Shown: positions 12,629-26,245 of the stretch, piece by piece
Layout of the letters: each line of letters starts with the position of its first letter
Numbering within the stretch: the first letter of the stretch is position 1
Assembly (NCBI RefSeq): GCF_006345805.1
Contig: NC_042998.1
Span: 64,666,001 to 64,730,000 of the forward strand
Direction: 5' to 3'
DNA length: 64,000 nucleotides
DNA from: Octopus sinensis
Lineage: Eukaryota
Notes under the pieces: model-generated
Told to the model about the DNA's origin: nothing
Database searches by the model: none
The model's input: only the letters and a program-made list of their open reading frames with translations
Translations under genes and position numbers: made by a program

Positions 12629-14639
12629 TTGTTAATCATAAATAATTTTCCATTTAATATCAACAGTCAAAGTGAACGACGTAAAGGATTAAGGAAACAA
12701 TTTTCTCAAGAATACGGTATAAGTCATGAATTTTAAGAATTTTAAGTAAATATGTCACAGACAAGTGCAGTGCAACAACTTTGTTCGTATTCAGTCCCAC
12801 TGCATGTAAACCAGGGTAAATATTCTTTACTGTAGTCCCTGGCTGATCTGTGTCTTCTCAGTGAATTTATTAGACGAAAGCTGTGAGGAAACCCGTTGTA
12901 TATATGTGTCTGTGTGTCTTCATACTTGTGCTATCTTTCACAACTGGTCTTGGTTTTTTAAAGCGTCATAATATAACTGCTCGACATAAAAAGTAGAATA
13001 AGTAACAGACTTATTCGACGAAAATCATATTAGTCGCCGATCAGTGAAAGGTAAATGATAAAAGAGAAAAATGCTGGTCTGTACAATGTGCAGGAGAGTA
13101 TTACGTCGCGGAATATCGTTTAATAAACAAACTAATTCTATGTGCATGACACTACCAAAGATATGAAGCAGTAAAAAAAACAGAAACACTAAATACTCGT
13201 GGAATTAGCAGAATTTAGTAGAGGAGGCTAATATATAAAAGTCTGCTATATTGTTCAGTTGCAGGATTGATTCTATCAGTATAAAACTATGTTTACTGAA
13301 ACACGAATTCTGATCAAAGGCGAGAAATGCGTCGCTTTGGAGATCTGTATCGTTAATTATCTAGTAGCAAAAATTTGCAACAACGGACAAACTTTTGCTA
13401 CATTGATGAAACCAAAAACAAACATGGGTGCCACCATCTTAACATATATAAAAATGCCAACCAACTGAATGTGATTATAACACAGTCAATATATGCCAAA
13501 GCTATTCTCTGCTGAAAATATACCATGGAAATATTTTAAAGCAAACTTCGGGGGCCCACGAATATGTATTGAATATCCGAGACATTTCAATGTGTTTTCT
13601 AAAATGCAAAGCGGTAATTGTATTCACCTCAATAGACGTCATTGATTTGTTGAAATTGCCGTAATACGAGAAATTTAACAACAAATAGCTTACAAACTAC
13701 AGAATTTTCTCAAGAACGCCAGGAGAAAAAGATGTTTTATGTGACACATTCTACCAGTATACGAAGTTTAAAAGTGTTTAGTTACAAAAAATTATTTTTT
13801 TGAATCTGCCGTTCAAAGTGAAAAGATCCCAAATAGCATTAAAACAAGACTGTTTCGATAGAAATGTTAAAGAAGCAAGTAAGCAACACAATAATCACCG
13901 TTATGCAGATGATATTCATTTGGTGAAGAGAAAAAAATAATAAATAATAGAAAGTTACATCGAGGTGTAATGTCACGGTTTGTTAGGAGTAGTAAAGGAT
14001 ATGGAATGGAAATTAGTGCTGTCGAAAAGCCATATAACTATCAGCAAGTAGAAAAGAAAAATAAACAGTCAATCTAATTTAAATTGAAGAATTTAAATTG
14101 ACTCATAAATTTAAATATTTGGGAAAGGCAATAATTTGATATGTGAGAAATTACAAGAAACGTAAATTGCCAGATTACAGGTGAAGTGAAAATATTCCTT
14201 GAATGGGGGTGTTCAAGGAGAAATTGCTTGGAATACTGTCAAATACAACACGCTTCTGTCAATAATTAAAAGCAGAAAATGAAATTGGCTTGCGTGCACA
14301 ACACGACAATATTTTACACCACATAAAGTGGTAAGCTGCGTTCAAATTCCGCTGATTTCGAATTTTCATTTCATCCATTCAGGGGGAATAAAATAAATAA
14401 CAATGTAACACCGGGGTCGATTCAATCCACTTGCTCCCTGCCTTAGGAACTGCTGGTTTGTGCCAAAATTTTACATAAATTTGGTGTACATCCTTTGGAA
14501 AACCTCGTGCATAGACGAAGTAGGCGTACGAAAAAGATAAGAATGACTGATTATTGAACAAAATAAACATGCAGTGGGCATGATGAGTCAAGCTATGGAA
14601 TAATCTGACTATGGAAGGGGAAGAGTCCAAGGAAGTAAG

Positions 14640-15500
14640 TTATATCTCTTGATAAATATATACAATTTATGGGATTCTATTGATTGGATCTAGCTGATGT
14701 TTTGAAAACAACTTGCACATGCAAGTGCATCCAGTCGAGAACTCCGCATCCCGGAAGCCAGTGAGTATATGGGGCAATCAGGAGAGATTGTGCGCCATTT
14801 CGGGGCTTACCTCTCGACGGCATCAATGCGTACCGGCTCCCCTCACTGATATGGGGCCCCGCTTGTTAGATCAGCTGGTTATTGAATATAGCTCAATATT
14901 CTTCTAGCCATCGCTCATCGACTCATTTTAACCAAATCCATTGGCTAGCTTTTTCCATAGTAGTTTGGATATCGGTTACAGTGGCATTTACTTTACGACG
15001 TGTTGGGCCTAACGATAACAACAGTCGTCTCACACTGTGTCCAACAAACCCTCTACATCCGACTTCGATTGGAAAATGCTCCGCTTTTCAGTATGTGTCT
15101 TCACATTCCTCGAAAAGGTTTTTCATAACGGTCAATCTTTCGAGCCCGAGCGGCGTCTATGTTATTTTCATGAGGAACTGTTAACTCGACTAAATTCACA
15201 ATTTTCTTTACTTCACACCACATTAAAATGTCCAGTTTTTTAGTAACTGGGATGGGAAAGAGTCCCTTGCACCCTGGTTAATCTGCAGTCACCTCCTAAT
15301 AGCCGTCCCACATTTCATCGCTCACAGGAAGTTTGTTGTTCTTCTTGAAACGGATTCTCTGTCCTGAACGCACGCAGATACTGAAATCTCTAGTTGGTAC
15401 ATTCAACGGCTTTTTTCACTGTTGTTGATATCAATCTCGTTCTTCTTTATAGCGTTGAAGATAACCTTAAGGACCAAGTCGTCGCCGTGTATGCCTGTTC
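14640..15500 (-). pseudogene. Hero-type (R2 group, RLE endonuclease) non-LTR retrotransposon 3' fragment
   Basis: Minus-strand translation ...FPIPVTKKLDILMWCEVKKIVNLVELTVPHENNIDAARARKIDRYE...HFPIEVGCRGFVGHSVRRLLLSLG...EKASQWIWLK; PD..D/ELT..RK..KY-type RLE motif; terminal stop at 14893-14895; premature stops. Confidence 0.85.
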
Positions 15501-16444
15501 AATGCTAAAGTACAGTTGATTGGATGTAGTTGTAGATTAATATCATTTTCACCACAACGGTTTTCCAATTTTCATTCCTTCACGTAAATAGTTATATATT
15601 AATTTATCCCTATGTAATATTAATGTGCAAATTTCTTTTGACACACCTGATATTGCAAAAAGAAATGCATGTCAATAGCAATGACTAATCTCATTGAGTA
15701 ACTCATGAAATCGTTAACAACTATTCTCATTGAGTTACTAATTAAATCGCTAATAACCAATTCAATTAGATTCCATCAACAAAATAATAGTTTCCATTTA
15801 ACAGCTAACCACATTTCAAAATTGAATGCGAAAAACAATGAGATTTATTAATTGCGAAAATGTGCCGAAATTATAACATCTTATATAAATACGAAGTGTC
15901 AATTTCGGAAAGGGATCTTTAGTTTGAGTACCATGTACCCTTCAACAAGCATGACTATGAACAAGTATGGTCTCTGCAAGTGAATAATCGCGGGAACATT
16001 GGAGTACAAATATTAACATACAATTTTAGGAATTCCCAGGTATGGAAAATAATTCCATTATTCAGTCACACAAAAGTGTATTTAGACTACGCAGCATATT
16101 ATCTGCAGTTCACAAGGTTCTGTTGACATGATGCCACGCAGGGATACGTGAAGGGTAATATAATTATGTGTGCGTGTCTGTATGTGTGTCAGCGCGTGTA
16201 TTGTCTGTGTGTTATGTGTGTGTGTGAGTGTGCGTGTGAGTAGCTTGATTTGGATACGTTGTCATAGCAGAAAGAATGCGGCAGCGTAGCTGAAAAGATC
16301 GAGTGCAAGTACACAGCGCCTCTTAACTCGTTAAGCGACTGTGAATGCGTCGCAAGAATCTCCATTGTCCAGTACTCGAACGAACATGACTCACTACACT
16401 CTTTGATGCTACACTAAATCTATAGCAGGTGTCCATCTTCAATG

Positions 16445-16516
<72 letters not shown>

Positions 16517-16517
16517 G

Positions 16518-16563
<46 letters not shown>

Positions 16564-16589
16564 AGTCGATCTGCCTGTCTGTCTGTCTA

Positions 16590-16666
<77 letters not shown>

Positions 16667-16667
16667 A

Positions 16668-16712
<45 letters not shown>
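16445..16712. repeat. Compound microsatellite (ATCT)n/(GTCT)n/(TA)n
   Basis: Direct reading; explains ORFs 16429 and 16442. Confidence 0.98.
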
Positions 16713-16713
<1 letters not shown>

Positions 16714-16716
<3 letters not shown>

Positions 16717-18038
16717 TAAACAACTACTCCTTTGAACTCCCAACTCGTATAAATAAAGAACTTATAATAGAAAGACTTAGATTTATTTTAGAAAACAATT
16801 ACTTTATTTTTGATAATATTTTCTACAGCCAAAGATCGGGAACAGCGATGGGTACGCGTACTGCGCCTTCTTTTGCTAACCTAGTAATGGGGTACCTCGA
16901 AATAATACTCTACTAGAAAACACTCGAGAAATATGGAAACACTTCCACCGATATCCAGAACAACTGGAAAAGATATCTCGACGACTGCTTCATCCTCTGG
17001 GATGAAAGTATAGAAAAACTTGAGGAATTTAAAATACTATTAAATGGAATAAATGAAAATATTCAGTTCACGATAGATCATAACGAAGAAGAATCGCCAT
17101 TTTTAGACATCCTTATTTAGAAAGTCAGCAACAAAATAGAGACAGATAAATATTATAAACCGACAGACTCCAAGCAGTACCTACCCATTGATTCATGCCA
17201 CCCAAGACACGCTAGAATAAATGTCCCTTTCTGTTTAGCTAGAAGGATTTGCACCATAAAATCAGACACAAACACCCGACACACACGTCTCTAGGAACTT
17301 AGAACTACACTCATGAATAGAAATTATCCACAGACCCTAACAGACAGTGCAACCCAACGAGCACTTAAATTAAGTATAGAAGACCTGAGACAAACAAAAC
17401 CAAAGAAGAAAGAAAGATTAAAAACCCTTCCCTACATCTCTACACACAACCCACTTAACAATGATGCCTTCAGCACCATTCTACAAAGCACATCCCTACT
17501 AAAGAGAGACCGAAATATGAACCGGATCCTCGAAACACACACCATCATTAAACGTTAACGGCAACCAAAATCCTTAAAAAAAGTTTTAAACCCAAGCTAA
17601 ACTGCACTTAACAACAACCACAAAACCAGCAGTTAGAAAATGTGGAAAGCCCAACTGCGGAATCTGCGTCATCTTGGTAGAAGGTTCAGAATTCACATTG
17701 GAAAAGTTTACCATCAGAACAAACTTCACCTGTACATCAGAAAACTTAATTTACGTTTTAACATGTGCAGGGTGCAATGGGCATTATATAGGCCATACAA
17801 AAACAGCTTACGAAAAAGGATGGCGGTGCATAAATCCCAAATTAGAAATCCTGAATACAGGAAAATACCAGTCAGCAGACACATAGATAGATGTGCTTCA
17901 AATAAAAATCCCGAATTCACAACTTGCCCACTTTACAAATTCAGTGACAGCGTAACCTTCACTCAACGCCAAAATAAAGAACTTTATTCCATTAGAAAAT
18001 TCGAACCAAGTTTGAACACACTGGGACAGGAATATTAA
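16714..18038 (+). pseudogene. Penelope-like element copy A (Neptune-like), 5'-truncated RT + GIY-YIG, inactivated
   Basis: [42 protein letters not shown], then KCGKPNCGIC...TCTSENLIYVLTCAGCNGHYIGHTK; several stops and frameshifts; starts directly after (TA)n. Confidence 0.92.
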
Positions 18039-18658
18039 AACAATACATTGGTCTTCCGAAAAGAAAAATGGAATTCTACCACTACCACCACTTTCACTAC
18101 GACTGTTGCTACTATTACTACTAATACAACCACCATGGTCACTACTATTACTACTACGATCAATAGTCCTCCACTACTGCTGTGGCTGTTACTGCCACAG
18201 CTAAGCTGCAACAACCAATGAGCTGCTGCATCCGCAACCACCACCACGGTTACTACTACTACGATCAACAGTCACTGCTGCTACTGCCATTTCAGCCACT
18301 GGTCATTCGGACACATAAGACAGCTAAAAACAACCACGTAGATTCTGTTGAGACCAGTACGAAATAATTATGAACTTTTTTATTACACTCAACTTTAAAT
18401 TTACAGCTATTATGCTTACTACCCACAAAACACCACCACCTGGATTCTGTTGAGACCAGTAAGAAAGAATTATGAACTTTTTTATTACACTTAACTTTTT
18501 AAAATATTTTTGATAAGGTTCGTTTTTTCAAGAAGAACAGAAACATGTAAAATTTTTAAGAAAATTAAAATTTATCTTATATAGTGGCGTTTTCAAACTT
18601 CTTTTTTTATAAATATATACCCACTCGTATACGATCTACACTTATCATAAATATATAT

Positions 18659-18721
<63 letters not shown>

Positions 18722-18727
<6 letters not shown>

Positions 18728-19623
18728 AAGTGTGGAAAGGAACACACGAGTTGATATATATGAAAAAACAAGTCAAAAATAGAAAATGCTAAGATAATTT
18801 TATAGTGAATCTTTCAGTACCGGTTTCGGTCATTTTGAGACCTTTTCAACTGTAACGATTAAATAATTAAATTTAGAAAAATTAGAAGAAAAGTTTTTTT
18901 AAAAGAATATTTCTGTAGTAGTGTTCAGATATAAGTAGCATTCTGCCTTTCTCTGACTCCCTTGTTTGCACTTGTGTGTTCGAGGTCGTTTTGAGTTCTT
19001 GGTAGGATAGGTGAAGAATAAGGAGGCTGATGTGGAGAGGGAGTGGGGAAATCTGGGAATGCCTTAATGGTTCTATTTTGAATGGTCAGTGGCTGACAGT
19101 AGTCGCAGTTCAATTCAGGAATTGTTTATGGAATTTGCGTAGGCGTTATACTAAAAGACATTAGTGACAAGGTTAAGGGGTGGAAGGTGGAGAAGTAGAA
19201 GAAGAAGAAGATGACGATGTTGATGATGATGATGATGAAGAAGAAGAAAAAGAAGAAGAAGAAGGAGAAGAAGAAGAAGAAGAAAAAACAGAGAAGGGGG
19301 AATATGAATGGGTGAAAGTATAGCTGTGATGGGGCTGATTAGTAATGGATTCTATGGAGTGTAATATTTGTGTGTGTATATATTTCTTTTATTCTAAAGT
19401 TGAGGTATATTAATTGTTTGTCGTAGACCCGTTAAGAAGTGGCTTGTATTTTGTAATAAAGAGATTTTCTTTACTTATTCGTTGTCTCGAGGTTGTATCG
19501 TCCCTAAATTGGTAGAGGGGGAAAATCCTGAAGTTTGGTGTTTTTTGTTGGCGCATGTATCTATGTGTTGGCTAAAAGCTATTTTTCTGTTTGGGGGAAT
19601 TTTTATCTGGGATCTGTGCAGGG
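18722..19623 (-). mobile_element. PLE family B 3' fragment / pseudo-LTR, inverted copy
   Basis: Reverse complement of 19641-20563; homologous to 25150-26202; 3' end abuts (TA)n. Confidence 0.9.
18812..18855 (-). ncRNA. Type I hammerhead ribozyme, U3-A8 core variant
   Basis: Minus strand TTACAG TTGAAAA GGTC-TCAAAAT-GACC GAAAC CG GTA CTGAAA: stem I CAG/CUG, stem II GGUC/GACC, palindromic ACCGGU stem III, GUA cleavage triplet. Confidence 0.7.
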
Positions 19624-20587
19624 TTTGCGTAAACGAATGGCCCTGCACAGATCCCAGATAAAAATTCCCCAAAACAGAAAAATAGCTTTTAGCCAACACA
19701 TAGATACTTGCGCCAACAAAAAAAACACCAAACTTCAGGATTTTCCCCCTCTACCAATTTAGGGACGATACAACCTCGAGACAACGAATAAGTAAAGAAA
19801 ATCTCTTTATTACAAAATACAAGCCACTTCTTAACGGGTCTACGACAAACAATTAATATACCTCAACTTTAGAATAAAAGAAATATATACACACACAAAT
19901 ATTACACTCCATAGAATCCATTACTAATCAGCCCCATCACAGCTATACTTTCACCCATTCATATTCTCCCTTCTTTGTTTGTTCTTCTTCTTCTTCCTCT
20001 TCTTCTTCATCATCATCATTATCATCATCATTGTCGTCATCATCATCACCACCATCATCACCACCATCTTCTCCTTCTTCTTCTTCTTCTTTTTCTTCTT
20101 CTACTTCTTCTTCTTCTTCGTCTTCATCATCATCATCATCAACATCGTCATCTTCTTCTTCTACTTCTCCACCTTCCACCCCTTAACCTTGTCACTAATG
20201 TCTTTCAGTATAACGCCTACGTAAATTCCATAAACAATTCCTGAATTGAACTGCGACTACTGTCAGCCACTGACCAATCAAAATACGACCATTAAGGCAT
20301 TCCCAGATTTCCCCACCCCCTCTCCACATCAGCCTCCTTATTCTTCACCTATCCTACCAAGAACTCAAAACGACCTCGAACACACAAGTGCAAACAAGGG
20401 AGTCAGAGAAAGGCAGAATGCTACTTATATCTGAACACTACTACAGAAATATTCTTTTAAAAAAACTTTTCTTCTAATTTTTCTAACTTTAATTATTTAA
20501 TCGTTACAGTTGAAAAGGTCTCAAAATGACCGAAACCGTTACTGAAATATTCACTATAAAATTTGTATTTTTCGTAAACTCTCCCGT

Positions 20588-20588
<1 letters not shown>
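19624..20588 (+). mobile_element. PLE family B 3' fragment / pseudo-LTR, direct copy
   Basis: Encodes the GIY-YIG tail LRKRMALHRSQIKIPQNRKIAFSQHIDTC; (TTC)/(ATC)-rich 3' UTR; HHR-like motif at 20504-20547; ends at (TA)n. Confidence 0.9.
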
Positions 20589-20671
<83 letters not shown>

Positions 20672-21022
20672 TGGCGTCGATTGGTTTCGACTAAGATACC
20701 TCAAGATTGTGCCCATGCAATGGCCACAGTTAAATAACAGAAACCAGTAAATGCTAAAATATCTACGCCGAATGTTTCCAATATTCCGTTAATTTTTGAA
20801 GTAATTTTTTAAAGACATTTTTATTAACAACGTCATTTTATAGAAGGAAATGAAAAAAAGAAACATTAAAAGATCAAATTACCGAAAACCCCATGCACAC
20901 CAGTAAATAACAAATATATCGGAGAGGGTTGCAATAACCCTTACCGGTCTAGAAACAGCAGTCAGAACCGATATAAAGCCGTAATATACCTAATATTTTT
21001 CTCTTCATAAAAAAAGGCTATC

Positions 21023-21060
<38 letters not shown>

Positions 21061-21067
<7 letters not shown>

Positions 21068-21288
21068 AATAAGTATAAGATCGATATTTAAATATCGATC
21101 TCATCAAGTGGCCAGCATGGGAATAAAAACTTTACAAAGGTAATTATTATTTAAAATTATACATTAAGGTATCCGAAATATACCACCACGCTGAAATAGC
21201 AGTCAAAACCTGACCCTAAAGCCAGATTAAATGTTCATATAACACTAGGAGAGTAGACAGAGAGACAAAATAAACAAGCAAAAAATGT

Positions 21289-21322
<34 letters not shown>

Positions 21323-21700
21323 CAACTTACGTTATGCATACATATACGATCGTCTATACATACATAGATATGCACGCACGTACAAGACTAGCTTAAATTG
21401 CCCGCCCAATAGCTCCTCGCGCTATATGGTCAGAATAAACACCGCAGTGAATATAATGACGAAATATATAGATTTATAAAGAAGGATAAGTTTGATATTT
21501 AAATATCGATCTGATCAAGTGGCCAGCATGGGAAAAAACCCCATAAAAGTAATAATTATTTAAAATTATAAATTACGATATCTGAGAGATACCACCACGC
21601 TGAAATAGCAGTTAAAATCTGACCCTAAAGCCACATTAAATGTTCATATAGCACTAGGAGAGGAGACAGAGAGACAAAATAAACAAGTAAAAAATTTTAC
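21061..21700 (+). repeat. Diverged direct repeat, about 230-bp units (about 21061-21290 and 21470-21700)
   Basis: GATATTTAAATATCGATCT.ATCAAGTGGCCAGCATGGGAA...TACCACCACGCTGAAATAGCAG...GACAGAGAGACAAAATAAACAAG present twice, about 410 bp apart, in (TA)n context. Confidence 0.8.
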
Positions 21701-21728
21701 TGGATAATTTCAGATCCTGGATTTCTGA

Positions 21729-21835
<107 letters not shown>

Positions 21836-22441
21836 TGTTCTTCATCCTTTTGGTTTTCTCTCCTACACTTCCCTATTCTTTTCCTCTCCTCTTCACCGTT
21901 CCCTCTCTCTCACTCCTCTTCCTCGACTCTCTCGTCGCCTACACGTGACGAGAGAGAATCTAACTTTCTGACTACTACCTTCGTAAAGACAGTAACGTGC
22001 TTATAATGCCTCCTTCATATGCTCGGCCTCCTCGCGTTCAGAATAATCTTTCTGTCGTCTTGACTTAACAGCCCTCATTGTTCTGTTCTTGTTACCACAT
22101 TCACCCTCCGCAAAAAATCCCAAATTTTATTTAATTTCCTTTGCAAGAAGGACTGTTTCAACGACGTCGCATCTTGTCCTCACCTTCGAAAACGCGGAGT
22201 AGATGAAATAGGGACAACTGAAGAAGGAGAATATTCTTTATGTTTCACGTCTCGTTTCTCTGTTTGTTTGTTTTTTTTTTCATTGTTCGAAAAAATGTTC
22301 CATTTTATGTTTTTGTTTTCGCTTCTCATTGTGTTCAACGTTTTCTGGATGTCCTGTACCCATATATACATGCATATATGCATATATATGTTGGTACGTA
22401 CATATATGTATGTATATATGAATATATTTATATTTTATTAT

Positions 22442-22495
<54 letters not shown>

Positions 22496-22496
22496 C

Positions 22497-25400
22497 AATA
22501 AGGAAACCGATACGAAAAATACAACCTCCGAAATCGTCGAAAACCTTGGAAACTTATGCGAAACAATTAGAAAATTTTTTCTCTAACAACGCTAACCAAG
22601 GACCTCCAAACGCGTCAATATATGGGATCAATGCTCTAACAACATACCAAATGAAACACCACATAGTACCACAATGGTACCACAATTGAGGACCCAAACG
22701 AATGGGGATAAAGTAAAATCCACTGATGAAGAGATCAACCAAGAAATTCGCAAAATGTCCCATGGTCCAGATCAAGAGAGGTTCTCCAAACTATGGAAAG
22801 AGCACTGTGAAAAAGAAGAACTAAAATCTCTCCAACGCTGGGAGAAAAGCGGCACTTGGTTCTCAAACTATGAAACCGTCCTTCAAACAGAGCACGCTTC
22901 CAACAATCCTTTCCAGAAAATAAGAAAACCAAAACAACACGCAAACACCGATACACACCTGTCTAAAAATCGGAACCATCACTACTATCAAAAAAAATAA
23001 TACAGGGCCTAACCCTAACTCTGTAAGCCACCAGCTATACAATATCAGGAATACCCTCACTTCAAACAAAGAATGGATAAATCAACACCCACAGGATAGA
23101 CGCTGCAACATCCTCCCCACCCAAAAGAGTAACCAACGAAATTGTCGTTCCAACAACCTGCTAAACAACCATGCAAAACAATCCGCACCACTCGCAATGA
23201 TTACCAACGAAGGCCTCCTAAATCACCACACCCGAATATGGGATATCGGGACGCACTTCTCAATACTGTTCCCAGAACACACACGGTAAATCACAACAGA
23301 GCACCCCACATCAACAAGGAACAACTATATAATAGCTACCGCCCCAACCACCGCATTCATTTTTTAGACCCAATATGCAAAGACAGAGACACAAGATAGC
23401 ACCAAACAGGCAGGAGGAACCAAAAGTGATAACAAATTATCAATCTAACTCACAGTGAACTAACAGCAAACCAAATAAATATACTCTCCAAAGGACTCAA
23501 GTTTACACCCACCCCACAACACCCCAACTACAATGAAATGAAAGAAGACATCGCAGAATTCTGTAGAAAATTACGACTTACCGAGGAGCTATAAGACAAA
23601 TACAACGAGGACGACTCGTTGGTCAGAAATAGGAGTAACTACACCCCCTCAAAAGTTAAGAACAAATCACTTGATCATTTCTGTGAACACATCTCGAATT
23701 ACCCATATCAACATATGCACAAACAAAAGCACAAGCCAAACTTCAGCAAAAAAGAATGGGCTGAGCTGAACAAATTAAAACAATACAAAACAATAACAAT
23801 CAAAGAGACCGATAAAGGGAGTGCAGTTGTCTTAAGACCCATAATAGCAAGTCCCGCATGCGAAACCCACCGCCTCAGTAACTTTTTAGAAACCCTTTTA
23901 AAACCACTCCTCAAACATGTCAAAAGCTATATAAGGGACGACCTGGATATGCTCAATCACCTACTTAATACTATAAGCAAAAACACGCTACTAGTATCCT
24001 TCGATGTAGTCAACCTCTATTCCAATATCCCCCACAACCTAGGAATAAAGGCAATTCAATTCTGGCTAGAGAATCACGCCAACTGACTCCCACATCGCAT
24101 CAAAAAAGAATTCGTGATAGAAGGGGTTAAATTCATCCTGGAAAATAACTTTTTCGCTTTCAAAAACAACTTCTACCGACAAAAATCGGGTACTGCGATG
24201 GGTACGCGAATGGCTCCCTCCTTTGCCAACCTAGTCATGGGATATCTAGAAATCAGTCTGCATCATAAGGTTCTAGAAATATATGGTAGCCCTTTCTCCC
24301 TCTACATAGAAAACAACTGGAAGAGATACCTAGATGACTGTTTCATTCTTCGGCATGAACATATAGAGAAACTCAAAGAATTCCAAGCACTTTTAAATGG
24401 ACTGGACGTAAACATCCAATTCCCGATGGAATATAGCCAGCAACAACTCCCCTTCCTCGACATCCTCATTAACAAATCTAATAATGTAATAGAAACAGAT
24501 ATATACTGTAAACATTCAGATTCTAAGCAATATTTTCCATTCAGTTCATGCCACCCAAGACACACCAGGATGAATATCCCCTTTAATCTTGCAAAAAGGA
24601 TATGTACTATAGTTTCTAATGCAAACACCAGAGACACACGACTACAAGAACTAAAAGACACCCTCATCACCAGGAACTACCCACCTTCACTTATTGACAT
24701 ATGCATTCAGCGTGCCCTTCAACTAAACATCCAGGAACTCAGACATCCCAAATTAAAGAAACATTTACGACCAAAAGCCTTACCATACATCTCCACACAC
24801 AACCCTCTCAACAATGAAGCCTTCGACACCATCCTCTAAAACATACCCCTGCTAACAAAGACCACAGAATGAACATAATCCTCCAAACACACACGATCAT
24901 AAAAAGCAAGAGACAGCCTAAATCTATGAAATGTCTCCTAACACAAGCCCGAATACACTCATCAACACAGAAGCCGACAGTAAAAAAATGTGGAAGACCC
25001 AATTACGGGGTATGCGATTATCTAATCGAGGGATCAGAGTTCTCCTTCAAACAGGGACAAGGGTTCACAGTGAAAAGCAACTTCACATGTGCTTCGGAGA
25101 ACCTGATATATACACTAACCTGCTCTGGGTGTCAAGAGCAATACATAGGCCAAACAAAAAATAGTTTACGTAAAAGAATGGCCCTGCACAGATCGCAGAT
25201 AAAAATTCCCCAAAACAGAAAAAATAGCATTCAGCCAACAACGAAACACCAAGCTTCAGGATTTTCCCCCTCTACCAATTCAGGGACGATACAATCTCGA
25301 GCCAACGAATAAGTAAAGAAACTCTCTTTATTACAAAATACAGACCCATTCTGAACGGGTCTATGACAAACGATATATCCACCTCGGCTTTAGAATAACA

Positions 25401-26198
25401 CACATACACACGCAAATATTACATTCCTAAGAATCCATTAAAAATCAGCCCCAATCACAGCTATAACACATAACGTGCGAACTTTAAGTCATGCAACACC
25501 TCACTACTTCCACTCATTCATATTATCCATTCTCTTTCTTCTTCTTCTTCATCATCATCATCATCATTATCATCATCATCATCATCATCATCATCGTCAT
25601 CATCATCATCGTCATCATCATCATCATCATCATTCTCATCTTCTTCTTCTTCTTTTTCGTCTTCTTCTTCATCTTCTTCTTCTCTTTTTCTTCTTCTTCT
25701 TTTTCTTCTTCTCTCCCCCTTCTACTTCCTAACTTTATCACTAATGCTTTTTAGCATAACACCTACGCAAATTCTATAAACAAACCTTTCAATAGAAATA
25801 TTCTCATGAATTGAACTGCAACTGCTAGCGGCCACTGACCACTCAAAATATGACAATCAAGGCACTCCCAAATTCCCCCCCCCACCTTCTCCTCCTCCCC
25901 CTTCTTCTTCTTCTTCCCTACCAAGAAGTCACAAGGACCTCGAACCCACAAGTGTAAACAAGAGAGACAGAGAAAGGCAGAAACAAGAAAATGCTACTTA
26001 TATTTGAACACTATACAAATATTCTTTAAAAAAACTTTTCTCTTAATTATTCTAAATTTAATTATTTAATCGTTACAGTTGAAAAGGTCTCAAATTACTG
26101 AAACCGGTAATGAAATGTTCTTTATAAAATTATTTTAGCATTTTCTATCTTGACTTGTTTTTCATATATATCAACTCGTGTGTTCCTTTTCATCCTTA

Positions 26199-26202
<4 letters not shown>
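22497..26202 (+). mobile_element. Near full-length Penelope-like element copy B (Neptune-like): N-terminal region, RT, Cys-rich linker, GIY-YIG, 3' pLTR with HHR; inactivated
   Basis: LSKGLKFTPTP, IKETDKGSAVV, LRPIIAS, LVSFDVVNLYSNIPH, GTAMGTRMAPSFANL, WKRYLDDCF, TCASENLIYTLTCSGCQEQYIGQTKNSLRKRMALH; in-frame stops; both ends abut (TA)n. Confidence 0.95.

Positions 26203-26243
<41 letters not shown>

Positions 26244-26245
<2 letters not shown>

Noticed and set aside
16429-16735. ORFs made of IYLS, YI, HT, CV or poly-N/T/L/I runs here and across the track
   Set aside because: Translations of microsatellites
18341-18555. Duplicated CTGTTGAGACCAGTA(C/A)GAAA and a TCAAGAAGAACAGAAACATGTAAAA motif as hammerheads of PLE copy A
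   Set aside because: Stem II or core too degenerate to fold; possibly dead HHRs, not counted
20930-21215. GAAA(C/T)AGCAGTC motifs resembling the 3' half of a hammerhead
   Set aside because: No CUGANGA or matching stem I upstream
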